64,000 bases of DNA. Origin: an uncultured virus (IMG/VR IMGVR_UViG_3300022923_001281) (Duplodnaviria > Heunggongvirae > Uroviricota > Caudoviricetes). The stretch lies in the IMG/VR virus record IMGVR_UViG_3300022923_001281; one strand, written 5' to 3'. Positions 48,294 through 57,497 of this stretch are shown here, one piece after another (position 1 is the stretch's first letter; each line of letters starts with the position of its first letter). Both the position numbers and the translations under genes were made by a program. The notes beneath the pieces are model-generated. The model did no database searches. It had not been told where the DNA came from and saw only the letters and a list, made by a program, of their open reading frames with translations.

Positions 48294-48457
48294 TACCATA
48301 TACTTACTGTCAAAACTGCGGAAGAACATCACATTGTGGAACCTCACAATATATGGCGTTGGAACGCACACCTGGAACACATGAGTCGCCAACTATAACA
48401 AAAACATGTAACACTTGCAGATGCGACCACTGCGCACCTAACAACAAGGAAACATAA
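48290..48457 (+). CDS. 55-aa Cys-rich protein (not in ORF track)
   Basis: MIPYTYCQNCGRTSHCG...CNTCRCDHC; ATGA-coupled. Confidence 0.65.
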   Translation: MIPYTYCQNCGRTSHCGTSQYMALERTPGTHESPTITKTCNTCRCDHCAPNNKET

Positions 48458-48459
48458 TT

Positions 48460-49314
48460 ATGGGTAAAGAACATTTTGATTTTGATTTTGAACCGTGGAT
48501 GGCAGAAGAACTCATTCACCGCAGCGATTGGAAAGATTGGTATGACGCTATGCTTGAAATCTTACCACTATGGGAAATTAATACTATTCCAAGAGTAGCA
48601 GGATTTATTGCTCAGTGTGGACACGAATCAGGAGGATTCCGTGTAATCACTGAAAATTTAAATTATAGTGCTAAAGCACTTAATACTATTTTTCCTAAGT
48701 ACTTCAAGAGAGCCGGAAGAGATGCTAATCTATATCACAGACAACCTGAAAAAATTGCTAATGTCATTTATGCGAACCGTATGGACAACGGAGACACAGA
48801 AAGCGGTGATGGCTGGAAGTTCCGCGGAGGCGGCCTTATTCAGCTTACTGGACGATACAACTATACAGAGTTCGCCGAAGATGTAGATATGACAGTTGAC
48901 GAAGCAGTTGATTATGTGCGTACCAAAAAAGGTGCGTTGGACAGTGCTTGCTGGTTCTGGGACGAAAACAACATCAACAAACACTGTGACAACATGGACA
49001 TTTTAAAAATGACCAAACGCATCAACGGTGGTACTATTGGTTTAGAAGATCGTAAAAAGCATTGGGCACATGCACTTGATGTGCTAGGTGGTGATTATGA
49101 AGAACCAGAAGTTGAATACGACTTAAACCAAGTATTAAGAAAAGGTTCAAGAGGACCGCTGGTAGCAGAGGTTCAAGAAAAACTTGGCATAGCACCAGCA
49201 GACGGTATCTTTGGACCAGGAACAGAAAGAGCAATCAAAAGTTGGCAGTCTAGTAAAGGTTTAGTAGCAGATGGTGTATTAGGACCTAAAACATTGGGAA
49301 AGCTCTTCGGGTAG
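48460..49314 (+). CDS. endolysin: glycoside hydrolase 19 + C-terminal peptidoglycan-binding domain
   Basis: AQCGHESG, ENLNYS, FRGGGLIQLTGRYNY, TKRINGG..GL.DR; DGIFGPGT / DGVLGPKT. Confidence 0.9.
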   Translation: MGKEHFDFDFEPWMAEELIHRSDWKDWYDAMLEILPLWEINTIPRVAGFIAQCGHESGGFRVITENLNYSAKALNTIFPKYFKRAGRDANLYHRQPEKIANVIYANRMDNGDTESGDGWKFRGGGLIQLTGRYNYTEFAEDVDMTVDEAVDYVRTKKGALDSACWFWDENNINKHCDNMDILKMTKRINGGTIGLEDRKKHWAHALDVLGGDYEEPEVEYDLNQVLRKGSRGPLVAEVQEKLGIAPADGIFGPGTERAIKSWQSSKGLVADGVLGPKTLGKLFG

Positions 49315-49319
49315 GTGGT

Positions 49320-49808
49320 ATGGGCGCTAAATTAGCAATAGTTATGTTTATGTTATTGTTAGGTGTCGGTGGTATTGGCTACTGGTATTATAACGATACA
49401 CAAGAACGCTTGGCTATTCTTACATCTAATAATGCTAAACTAAACACAGCAGTAGAACTTAATGAACAAACTATTAGTTCACTAGAAAATGACTATGAGA
49501 AAGCTTCTAGTGAACTTGCTAGTTTAAACGAAGCATACATTGCTATACGCAGGCAGAACCAAAGACTTGCTGATAAGCTACAGGAAATAGATTTAACGGC
49601 AGCAGCAATAGCAAATGCTGAAGGTATAGAACGTGCTGTAAACAGAGGCACTGAAAATGCTGGTAGATGTTTTGAACTTCTATCGGGGGCAGAACTGAAT
49701 GACAAAGAAAGGAACGCTGAAAATGGCATCGCTTTTAACAAAGAGTGTCCTTGGCTTTACGATACTTATAAGTCTCGCGGCCTGCTCAACCAAACCACAG
49801 CAGATTGA
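49320..49808 (+). CDS. i-spanin (Rz-like)
   Basis: N-terminal TM + long coiled coil directly after the endolysin. Confidence 0.75.
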   Translation: MGAKLAIVMFMLLLGVGGIGYWYYNDTQERLAILTSNNAKLNTAVELNEQTISSLENDYEKASSELASLNEAYIAIRRQNQRLADKLQEIDLTAAAIANAEGIERAVNRGTENAGRCFELLSGAELNDKERNAENGIAFNKECPWLYDTYKSRGLLNQTTAD

Positions 49809-50115
49809 TATATCTACTAGTCCAGTAGAAAAACCTACCCTTACCTTACCTCCTGTTGACGAACTTAACATGCGTAATGTAGAATGGATTGTGCTTAACG
49901 AAGGCAATGTAGATTCCGTAATAGACAAACTACAAACCGAAGGCAAGGCATTTGCTTTGTATGCGTTAACAGGTGAAGGCTACGGCAATTTAGGTTTAAA
50001 CTTTTCAGACATACGAGCTTTAGTACAACAGCAGCAAGCAATCATAGCAGCATATGAAGGCTACTACAAAGAGGCAGAAGAAGCACTTGATAAAGCAGTT
50101 ATTGTGGACGAGTAG
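49723..50115 (+). CDS. o-spanin (Rz1-like lipoprotein)
   Basis: Signal peptide with LAAC lipobox; Pro-rich; overlaps the 3' end of the i-spanin in another frame. Confidence 0.75.
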   Translation: MASLLTKSVLGFTILISLAACSTKPQQIDISTSPVEKPTLTLPPVDELNMRNVEWIVLNEGNVDSVIDKLQTEGKAFALYALTGEGYGNLGLNFSDIRALVQQQQAIIAAYEGYYKEAEEALDKAVIVDE

Positions 50116-50617
50116 TATACTTGTCGTTGCTGGTTGTAACAATGTACCCAAACCCGATCCAATTGTTTCAGCACAAACTTATATAGGACTAGAAGAACGG
50201 CAAGATCGTAGTGAAATACGTGAATTAGTTGGTGTAGATCCTGTACGTACAGAATGGTGTGCGGCATTTGTAAATGCTATATTAGAAATAGATGGCATAC
50301 CAGGTAGTGAAAGTGTAAGCGATGTTCCACTTATGGCTCGTAGTTTTCTCAATTGGGGCGAGCCAGTTCAACCTGAAGATATTCAACGTGGCGATATTGT
50401 AATCTTTCCTAGAGGAGACGAAGGATGGAAAGGTCATGTTGGATTTTTTATAGAAGAAAAAAACAAACGTTGGGTAATATTAGGCGGTAATCAACGAAAT
50501 GAAGTGCGGTATGATTTATATATACCTAACAGAGCAATAGGTATACGTAGAGCTAAATACACACATATAAAGAGGGGCAACAATGTGGGAAATGATCGAA
50601 AGGATGGCGACGGATAG
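50054..50617 (+). CDS. NlpC/P60-CHAP-type lipoprotein (TIGR02594-like)
   Basis: VAGC lipobox, WCAAFVN, ARSFL.WG, GHVGF, LGGNQ. Confidence 0.8.
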   Translation: MKATTKRQKKHLIKQLLWTSSILVVAGCNNVPKPDPIVSAQTYIGLEERQDRSEIRELVGVDPVRTEWCAAFVNAILEIDGIPGSESVSDVPLMARSFLNWGEPVQPEDIQRGDIVIFPRGDEGWKGHVGFFIEEKNKRWVILGGNQRNEVRYDLYIPNRAIGIRRAKYTHIKRGNNVGNDRKDGDG

Positions 50618-50879
50618 ACTGTGGATTTACACAGCAATCGGTGGCAGTGTGCTTGGTGCTATATTTGTAGCATACATTAGTACAACACGTATCGGTCTAT
50701 GGGGCTATGCCCAAGTAGATCGTGCTATTGACTATCTTGTAGAACGTTGGGGACTTACATGGCTAGAACAGCCTGAAGACGCATGGCGAAAAAAGTATCC
50801 AAAAATCACAGCAAAGATAGATGACTTAGAGGGCAGATTACAAAAATTGGAGGGTAAAAATGCCAAGAAAAAAACTTGA
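50583..50879 (+). CDS. membrane protein, holin/antiholin candidate
   Basis: Single TM; located in the lysis cluster. Confidence 0.6.
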   Translation: MWEMIERMATDRLWIYTAIGGSVLGAIFVAYISTTRIGLWGYAQVDRAIDYLVERWGLTWLEQPEDAWRKKYPKITAKIDDLEGRLQKLEGKNAKKKT

Positions 50880-51231
50880 AGACTTAGACGCAGCGCCAGC
50901 AGCAGAACCAAAGGCAGATGCTGAAGTTGTGGTTCCGGCAAGTAGCAGTGGTGCTACTAAAAAAGTAAAACTAGACTTAGAAGTAGATACAAGTGTAAAA
51001 GATCTAGGACCTAATCCTTTTGCTAAAATGATTCATTTGGCACGGGCTGTAGATGCTTGGAGAATTTTTCCACGTATCTTTATTACAACTTATATCTATT
51101 TGTTATATCAATGTGTAATGTGGTACATGGAGTTACCAAATCCTACACTAGAACAATCAGGGCTTATTAGTGTTGTTGTAGGTGCTGGAGCAGCATGGTT
51201 TGGACTTTACGCCGGAACTAGCAAGAAGTAG
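50860..51231 (+). CDS. two-TM membrane protein, holin candidate
   Basis: DAWRIFPR + 2 TM helices. Confidence 0.6.
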   Translation: MPRKKLEDLDAAPAAEPKADAEVVVPASSSGATKKVKLDLEVDTSVKDLGPNPFAKMIHLARAVDAWRIFPRIFITTYIYLLYQCVMWYMELPNPTLEQSGLISVVVGAGAAWFGLYAGTSKK

Positions 51232-51254
51232 ACACTTAGCAAATAAGTAATAGT

Positions 51255-52055
51255 ATGGACTATTACAGTATACTTGGTATAAACAAACAAGCTAATCAAG
51301 ATGAAATTAAAAAGGCTTATCGCAAACAGGCGATGGCCCATCATCCTGACCACGGCGGTGACAGTAGCAGGTTTGCTCAAATCAACGAAGCATACGAAAC
51401 ACTTAAAGATCCAAATAAAAGACAAGAATATGACAATCCTCAAGTTAGGATGAATGTTAATTCTTCTAATTTAGATGACATTATGAATGCGTTTTTTGGA
51501 CAACGTCAACAACGGCCACAAGTAAACAGAGATATAAAAATTTCTATTACCATTGACTTAGAAGATGTTGCTGTTGGTAGAGATGTTTTAGCAACTTATA
51601 AACTATCAAATGGAATGGAAAGTAGTGCTAGTATAAAAATACAACCAGGTATTGAACATGGACAAGCATTAAGGTTTAGAGGGTTAGGAGATGCTACAGA
51701 TCCAAGACGCCCGCGAGGAGACTTAATAGTACTAGTTAAAATTAGACCACATACCAGATTCAAAAGAGATGGTAAAAATCTTTATACTAATATAAAAATA
51801 AGTGTGTTTGATTTAATGTTAGGCACAGATGTTATTGTTGAAAAAATTGGAGGCGGCCCTTTACGAGTTAATATACCAAAAGGCACACAACCGTCACAAG
51901 TTTTAAGTGTAGCTGGATACGGTTTACCCGATCCTAGAACTGGACGTACAGGACATATGTATGTAAACATACATGGTGTTCTACCAAAAATTGACGACCC
52001 TGAAATGGAAAGAAGGATAAAAATCTTAAATGATGAACTTAGTACTCGCACCTAA
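51255..52055 (+). CDS. dnaJ: DnaJ-class chaperone (J domain + C-terminal domain, no Zn finger)
   Basis: DYYSILG, HHPD (HPD motif), GDL.V, IPKGTQ. Confidence 0.9.
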   Translation: MDYYSILGINKQANQDEIKKAYRKQAMAHHPDHGGDSSRFAQINEAYETLKDPNKRQEYDNPQVRMNVNSSNLDDIMNAFFGQRQQRPQVNRDIKISITIDLEDVAVGRDVLATYKLSNGMESSASIKIQPGIEHGQALRFRGLGDATDPRRPRGDLIVLVKIRPHTRFKRDGKNLYTNIKISVFDLMLGTDVIVEKIGGGPLRVNIPKGTQPSQVLSVAGYGLPDPRTGRTGHMYVNIHGVLPKIDDPEMERRIKILNDELSTRT

Positions 52056-52569
52056 TACAATGCTGGAGAATCCAGTTAAAGTATATGATTTAGAACAAAT
52101 ACATCCTGCGCCAATTGCGTTGGATATGATTGATGTAATGAAAAAATATGGAGGTGTTGGCATCAGTGCTAACCAAGTAGGGTTTAATGGGCAGATATTT
52201 GTGATGAAAACTATATTAAATAAGAAGTATGGTGATCCTATGGTTGTTATTAATCCGCAAATACAAGGTATTAGCAAAGAAACAGAATTAGGACCCGAAG
52301 GATGTCTTAGTCACCCTGGTTTGATATTGCGAGTAAAACGACCAATTAGTACTATTGTGTCATTTCTTACCTTGACAAATGACTATAAAGATGTTATAAC
52401 TGTAGAGATGAAGTTGGATGATATTGATGCTAGAATCTTTTTACATGAATATGATCATCTACATGGCATTCAATATATAGATAGAGTGAGTCGTCTTAAG
52501 GTCAAACGAGCTGAAGAAAAAAGACTTAAAGATATTAAGAAAGCATTAAAAAATGGTAGAACCAAGTAG
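52030..52569 (+). CDS. def: peptide deformylase
   Basis: GVGISANQVG, EGCLS, HEYDHL.G. Confidence 0.93.
   Translation: MMNLVLAPNTMLENPVKVYDLEQIHPAPIALDMIDVMKKYGGVGISANQVGFNGQIFVMKTILNKKYGDPMVVINPQIQGISKETELGPEGCLSHPGLILRVKRPISTIVSFLTLTNDYKDVITVEMKLDDIDARIFLHEYDHLHGIQYIDRVSRLKVKRAEEKRLKDIKKALKNGRTK
52372..52400 (+). promoter_or_regulatory. internal sigma70-type promoter in def, upstream of clpA
   Basis: TTGACA-N17-TATAAC with TG. Confidence 0.55.
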
Positions 52570-54808
52570 CGAATTACAATTAGTATTTGACAAAGCAGTA
52601 GGAGATGCTAAAAAACTTTCTCATGAGTATGTTACCTTAGAACATCTTCTCTTTGGTATGTTGTGCGAAGAAAAGTTTTTTGATCATTTAACTGAATTTG
52701 GCATTGACACAGAACTACTAAAACATAATTTAGAAAATTATCTAAAAAGTAAATTAGAAAATATCAAAATTGATATGGAGACAGTATCAAAAAAATGGAA
52801 GCCTAAGAAAACACAGACAGTTGAACGTGTGCTTAATAGAGCTTTTGCGCAAGTTCTATTCCAAGGAAGAAATACTATTGACATACCTGATGTATTTTTA
52901 AGTATACTAGGTGAAAAGAAAAGTTATGCATATTTCTTAACAACACAAGTTGGTATCAACAAACAAGAATACCAAAACTATCTGAGTATCGAAATTGGTG
53001 AAAAGGAAGAAGAAGAACAAATACAAGAAAATGCTGGAGCAGCAAATCAAGCCTTGCGTCAATTCACTGAAGATCTAAATTTTCAAGTACGCAACGGAAA
53101 AATTGATCCAGTTATTGGAAGATTTGAAGAATTAGATGCTGTCGCACTAGCACTAGGTCGTCGTAGTAAAAGTAATGTGCTTATGGTAGGTGATCCAGGT
53201 GTTGGTAAAACTGCTATAGCCGAAGGTCTTGCTTGGAAAATTGAAAATGGACAAACACCTGAGTTCCTTAAAGAATACAATGTATATGCTTTAGATATTG
53301 GATCAATGTTAGCAGGATCAAAATACAGAGGTGACTTTGAAGAAAGATTTAAATTAGTTTTAGCTGGTTTACAGAAAAAAGGTAAAACTATTATGTTCAT
53401 TGACGAAGCACACATGATTTCAGGTGCTGGCGCAGGAGGCCAAGGTAGCAGTAACGACTTGGCTAATTTACTTAAACCAGCATTAGGTAAAGGCAACCTA
53501 AAAGTAGTTGCAAGCACAACTTGGGAGGAGTATAGAAAGTATTTTGAAAAAGATCGTGCCTTAATGAGAAGATTCCAGCGTGTAAGCATTGACGAACCAA
53601 GTGAAGAAACTACCATTGAAATTTTACACGGTATTAAAAAATATTACGAAGAGTTTCATAATGTTGAAATTACAGATGAAGCAATACAAGCAAGTGTTAA
53701 GTTGAGTGTAAAATATCAACCAGATAAGAAATTACCTGATAAAGCTATTGATTTAATAGATGTTGCTTGTAGTAGATTTAAAGTTAAAGATCAAACTGAT
53801 GATTTAATTATAAAAGAAGAAAATATTCAATTTGAACTTGCTAAAATGGTAAAAATACCTGAAGAACAAGTTGCGGAAAGAGAAACAGAAAATCTGGCAA
53901 ATCTTGAAAAGAATCTTCAAGGCAGTATATTTGGTCAAGACAAAGCAATTACAGCACTCGTTGACAAAATCCTAGTTGCCCAAGCTGGACTTAAACCTGA
54001 CAATAAACCAATTGGCTCGTTTGTGTTTATGGGTCCAACAGGTACAGGTAAAACAGAAACAGCAAAGCAATTGGCACATCATTTAGGTGTAGAACTTGTG
54101 CGGTTTGATATGAGTGAATACCAAGAGAAACACAGTGTTGCTAAATTTATTGGAGCACCTCCAGGTTATGTAGGATTTGAAGATGACGCTGGTCAGTTAA
54201 TTGTTAAATTACAAGAAAATCCTAACTGTGTGTTGTTGCTTGACGAAATTGAAAAAGCACACCCTGATGTTTCTGCTGTCTTACTACAACTTATGGACAA
54301 CGGTATGGTTACAGGCAGCAATGGTAAAGAAGCAGATGCTAGAAACTCAGTGCTTATATTGACAACTAACTTGGGCGCACAAGAAGCTGAAAAACACAAT
54401 ATTGGCTTTGGTCAAAAACTTGAAAAAGAATATGAAGATGAAAGTGTCAAAGAATTCTTTAAACCAGAATTTAGAAACAGACTTGATGCTGTAATTACAT
54501 TTGCTAAACTAGGTAAAGAAGTTATGCTTAAGATTGTTGGCAAATTCTTAAAAGAATTAAAAGATCAAGTCAAACAAAAAGATGTTGTAATAACTATTAC
54601 AGACGAAGCATTGGATTATCTAGTTGACAAAGGATTTAATCCTAAAATGGGCGCTAGACCTTTACAACGAGTTATTGACGAACAAATTAAGCGTCCTTTG
54701 AGTAGAGCTTTATTATTTGGAGATCTAAAAAATGGTGGCACAATTAATATTTTGTTTAAAGAAAAAATTGAGTTGGAAATAAATGCTAAAGTCTGTGAAG
54801 AAGTTTGA
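52553..54808 (+). CDS. clpA: ClpA-type ATP-dependent Clp ATPase
   Basis: Clp N domain (HEYVTLEHLL); two AAA modules (GDPGVGKT, GPTGTGKT); IGF loop; no ClpB M-domain; 751 aa. Confidence 0.9.
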   Translation: MVEPSSELQLVFDKAVGDAKKLSHEYVTLEHLLFGMLCEEKFFDHLTEFGIDTELLKHNLENYLKSKLENIKIDMETVSKKWKPKKTQTVERVLNRAFAQVLFQGRNTIDIPDVFLSILGEKKSYAYFLTTQVGINKQEYQNYLSIEIGEKEEEEQIQENAGAANQALRQFTEDLNFQVRNGKIDPVIGRFEELDAVALALGRRSKSNVLMVGDPGVGKTAIAEGLAWKIENGQTPEFLKEYNVYALDIGSMLAGSKYRGDFEERFKLVLAGLQKKGKTIMFIDEAHMISGAGAGGQGSSNDLANLLKPALGKGNLKVVASTTWEEYRKYFEKDRALMRRFQRVSIDEPSEETTIEILHGIKKYYEEFHNVEITDEAIQASVKLSVKYQPDKKLPDKAIDLIDVACSRFKVKDQTDDLIIKEENIQFELAKMVKIPEEQVAERETENLANLEKNLQGSIFGQDKAITALVDKILVAQAGLKPDNKPIGSFVFMGPTGTGKTETAKQLAHHLGVELVRFDMSEYQEKHSVAKFIGAPPGYVGFEDDAGQLIVKLQENPNCVLLLDEIEKAHPDVSAVLLQLMDNGMVTGSNGKEADARNSVLILTTNLGAQEAEKHNIGFGQKLEKEYEDESVKEFFKPEFRNRLDAVITFAKLGKEVMLKIVGKFLKELKDQVKQKDVVITITDEALDYLVDKGFNPKMGARPLQRVIDEQIKRPLSRALLFGDLKNGGTINILFKEKIELEINAKVCEEV

Positions 54809-55481
54809 AACTACTAAACTACATTATGGAAAATATCTATATAAAGTTACCATACGTTCTCCATTGGCTCATATATTTAGAACAGAATTACAACGAAAAG
54901 GCAATTTAGCATATGCTAGTTCAGAATTATTTCGATATGATCAACTTTACAAAGCTGGAAAGACACTTGTAAAAAAATCGTGGAGAAGTATAGACGTAGT
55001 TTCTGTAGAAGATTTTTTGTGTTGTCAAAAAATATATAGATTTTTAAAAAATTCTAGCGACTATCTTGTGCGCTGTGAATATAACACACTTAACATTTAT
55101 AGTAATAATAAATCATTTATTCAAAAATTTACCACACTTAATACATGTACAGAATATTACGAACCTGATCCTACAGCAATTAATTTTTTACAAAACAACA
55201 CTAATGTTATAGTAATTGATAAACCTACAAATTTTCCTATCAAAGTTACGTTTGGACGTAAGCAAGCTAAAAAAGAATTAGGAAAATGGTTAATAGCAAA
55301 TACTGATAAAGCAAGAGTAGGACCGGTTCTACTTGACAATTGTTTAGTAGAGGCAAGATGGATAAAAGGACAATATATTTTTATTAGAGATGAAAAAGTA
55401 TTGTTTATGATACAATTAATTTGTGGTGATAATATTAGCCGAATCGACAAATTAGTCTACAAAGAAGATATAGATAAATAA
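54783..55481 (+). CDS. hypothetical protein
   Basis: 232-aa ORF. Confidence 0.65.
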   Translation: MLKSVKKFETTKLHYGKYLYKVTIRSPLAHIFRTELQRKGNLAYASSELFRYDQLYKAGKTLVKKSWRSIDVVSVEDFLCCQKIYRFLKNSSDYLVRCEYNTLNIYSNNKSFIQKFTTLNTCTEYYEPDPTAINFLQNNTNVIVIDKPTNFPIKVTFGRKQAKKELGKWLIANTDKARVGPVLLDNCLVEARWIKGQYIFIRDEKVLFMIQLICGDNISRIDKLVYKEDIDK

Positions 55482-55507
55482 CATATAATAGAAACTAAGG
55501 AACACCA

Positions 55508-56062
55508 ATGGCTTATTTTGTACGTTTAGTAATGGAAAAACAAGAAGTTTCTCTAGATGAAAGTATCTTCGCAGAACAGCAGATTTATACAGAGAACGAT
55601 AACAGTTATATAGAAATCCCTTTAGCAAGAGAGTTAGACGAAAGTGAAGCAGATGAGTATGCTGGCAAATTAGCAAACTATATGTTTGAAATGGGCCATA
55701 CAGACTTTGACATCGAAATTATGGGCGAAGGCGATGTAATTGATGAAGAAACTTACGACGGTGACGAGTTTCATGAAGCATATGGTACTATGTGGTTCAA
55801 TGAGGACGACGAGCTCGACGAAGCAGAATATCAAGGTCGTAAAGTATCACTTGGTAAACCAATGCGTGGCGATGTAAAAAAGTTTAAAGTATATGTCAAA
55901 GATCCAAAGACTAAGAATGTTAAAAAAGTAAACTTTGGTGATCCTAATATGAAAATAAAAAAATCAAATCCAGCACGTAGAAGAAGTTTCCGTGCTAGAC
56001 ACAATTGCGACAATCCGGGTCCACGTACAAAAGCACGTTATTGGAGTTGTAGAAAATGGTAA
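55508..56062 (+). CDS. late protein: acidic N-terminal region + basic C-terminal domain
   Basis: GATAAATA + AAGGA; LDE|A junction; KKFKVYVK...FGDPNM...SFRARH.C...ARYWSC. Confidence 0.7.
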   Translation: MAYFVRLVMEKQEVSLDESIFAEQQIYTENDNSYIEIPLARELDESEADEYAGKLANYMFEMGHTDFDIEIMGEGDVIDEETYDGDEFHEAYGTMWFNEDDELDEAEYQGRKVSLGKPMRGDVKKFKVYVKDPKTKNVKKVNFGDPNMKIKKSNPARRRSFRARHNCDNPGPRTKARYWSCRKW

Positions 56063-56409
56063 TGATTAACGAAATCTTTGACAAGAAAGCAATCGAAGAT
56101 TTAAAAGTCGGTGATCAATTACCATTTGATATTATTGAAGACTTAAATGTTTTCATGAAAAATGATCCAATGTTTTACCGCAAGCAAACATATCCGGCAA
56201 TGTGTGCTGTACAAAAAGCAGTACAAAACGGCGGGAAATATAATAAAAAAGACCTACTACCTATGATTGATAAAGCAATTGAGTCTTACTGTACTGAATT
56301 CAAAATTCCAAAGCGTCCGGCAGACATGCTCACTGATGCTGAAAAAATGGAATGTGTATCAAGATTATTAAGAGGTGAGGTAGAGAATTTTCGTAACGGA
56401 GAATACTAA
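56056..56409 (+). CDS. hypothetical protein
   Basis: 117-aa coupled ORF. Confidence 0.65.
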   Translation: MVMINEIFDKKAIEDLKVGDQLPFDIIEDLNVFMKNDPMFYRKQTYPAMCAVQKAVQNGGKYNKKDLLPMIDKAIESYCTEFKIPKRPADMLTDAEKMECVSRLLRGEVENFRNGEY

Positions 56410-57497
56410 TGCGTTACAGCGAATTCAAGATACTCACTGAAGCCAAAGTAGGCAGAGAATATAATCATTTAGAAGATCTTGTTTTTATTGATGGTAGTGC
56501 GGGTGCTACTAAAGCAATCGATATTTTACGTAAACTTGGCAGCGATAGCGGAGACGTAGCTATAAAATGGGATGGTTATCCTACTATGTATTATGGTCGT
56601 GAACCTAATGGCGAATTTGTTTTAGTAGGTAAGAACGGTTGGAGTAAAGGACAAACTGCTAAATCTCCACAAGAACTTTACCAATTCATTACAAACACAG
56701 GTAAAGGCGAAGACTGGCGTGAAACATTTGGTAGAGATATGGCTGCTATATTCAGTATAATGGAAGCATCTACTCCAGTTGATTTTAGAGGATATGTTTA
56801 TGGAGACTTGTTATATCATCCTGGTAATCCTGTAGAGTCAACAGCAGAAGGAATAAATTTTACACCTAATTTAGTAACCTATACTGTAGATCCAAACAGT
56901 CAATTGGGTAAAAGAATTGAAAATAGTAAAGTAGGTGTAGTTGTACATACAAAGTATCCAGCATTTGGCGATCCTTCAGGCAAGCCAATTAAGGATGTAC
57001 AGGAATTAAACAGTAACGATGCTGTTGTCTTAGGACAAACATATGTTACACACCAGCCTACTATTGATACTTCTGAAGTAGACAATATAGAAAAATTTGC
57101 CAGCCAATATGGTCAAAGCATAGATAACTTTCTAGCACCAGTAGCAGGGTTAAGTGATATGAAAAATATAATTTACACTTATGTAAACCAAACTAGCAGA
57201 GCAGGTAATCTAAAAGGCTTAGAAAAAGGATTCTTTGATTGGTTAGCTGGCAGTAAAGTAAGTGCTAATAAACAAGCAAAAATAAATGATATGGCAAAGG
57301 CTAATCCTAATGCGTTACCTGCTGTGTTTAGCTTAGTTAAACAAATTATGAAAGCCAAGGATCATATTATTCAACAACTAGATGACGCTCCTTCAGATGT
57401 TAAACAAAGCACTAAAGGAGAAAAAGGCGGTGAAGGTTATGTGGCGCTAGGAAGCAAAACAAAATTAGTGCCAAGAACAAGGTGGACGCCGTCATGA
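56409..57497 (+). CDS. ATP-dependent ligase-like (covalent nucleotidyltransferase) protein
   Basis: KWDG (motif I), YGDLLY (III), GEGYV (IV), KLV (V). Confidence 0.6.
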   Translation: MRYSEFKILTEAKVGREYNHLEDLVFIDGSAGATKAIDILRKLGSDSGDVAIKWDGYPTMYYGREPNGEFVLVGKNGWSKGQTAKSPQELYQFITNTGKGEDWRETFGRDMAAIFSIMEASTPVDFRGYVYGDLLYHPGNPVESTAEGINFTPNLVTYTVDPNSQLGKRIENSKVGVVVHTKYPAFGDPSGKPIKDVQELNSNDAVVLGQTYVTHQPTIDTSEVDNIEKFASQYGQSIDNFLAPVAGLSDMKNIIYTYVNQTSRAGNLKGLEKGFFDWLAGSKVSANKQAKINDMAKANPNALPAVFSLVKQIMKAKDHIIQQLDDAPSDVKQSTKGEKGGEGYVALGSKTKLVPRTRWTPS

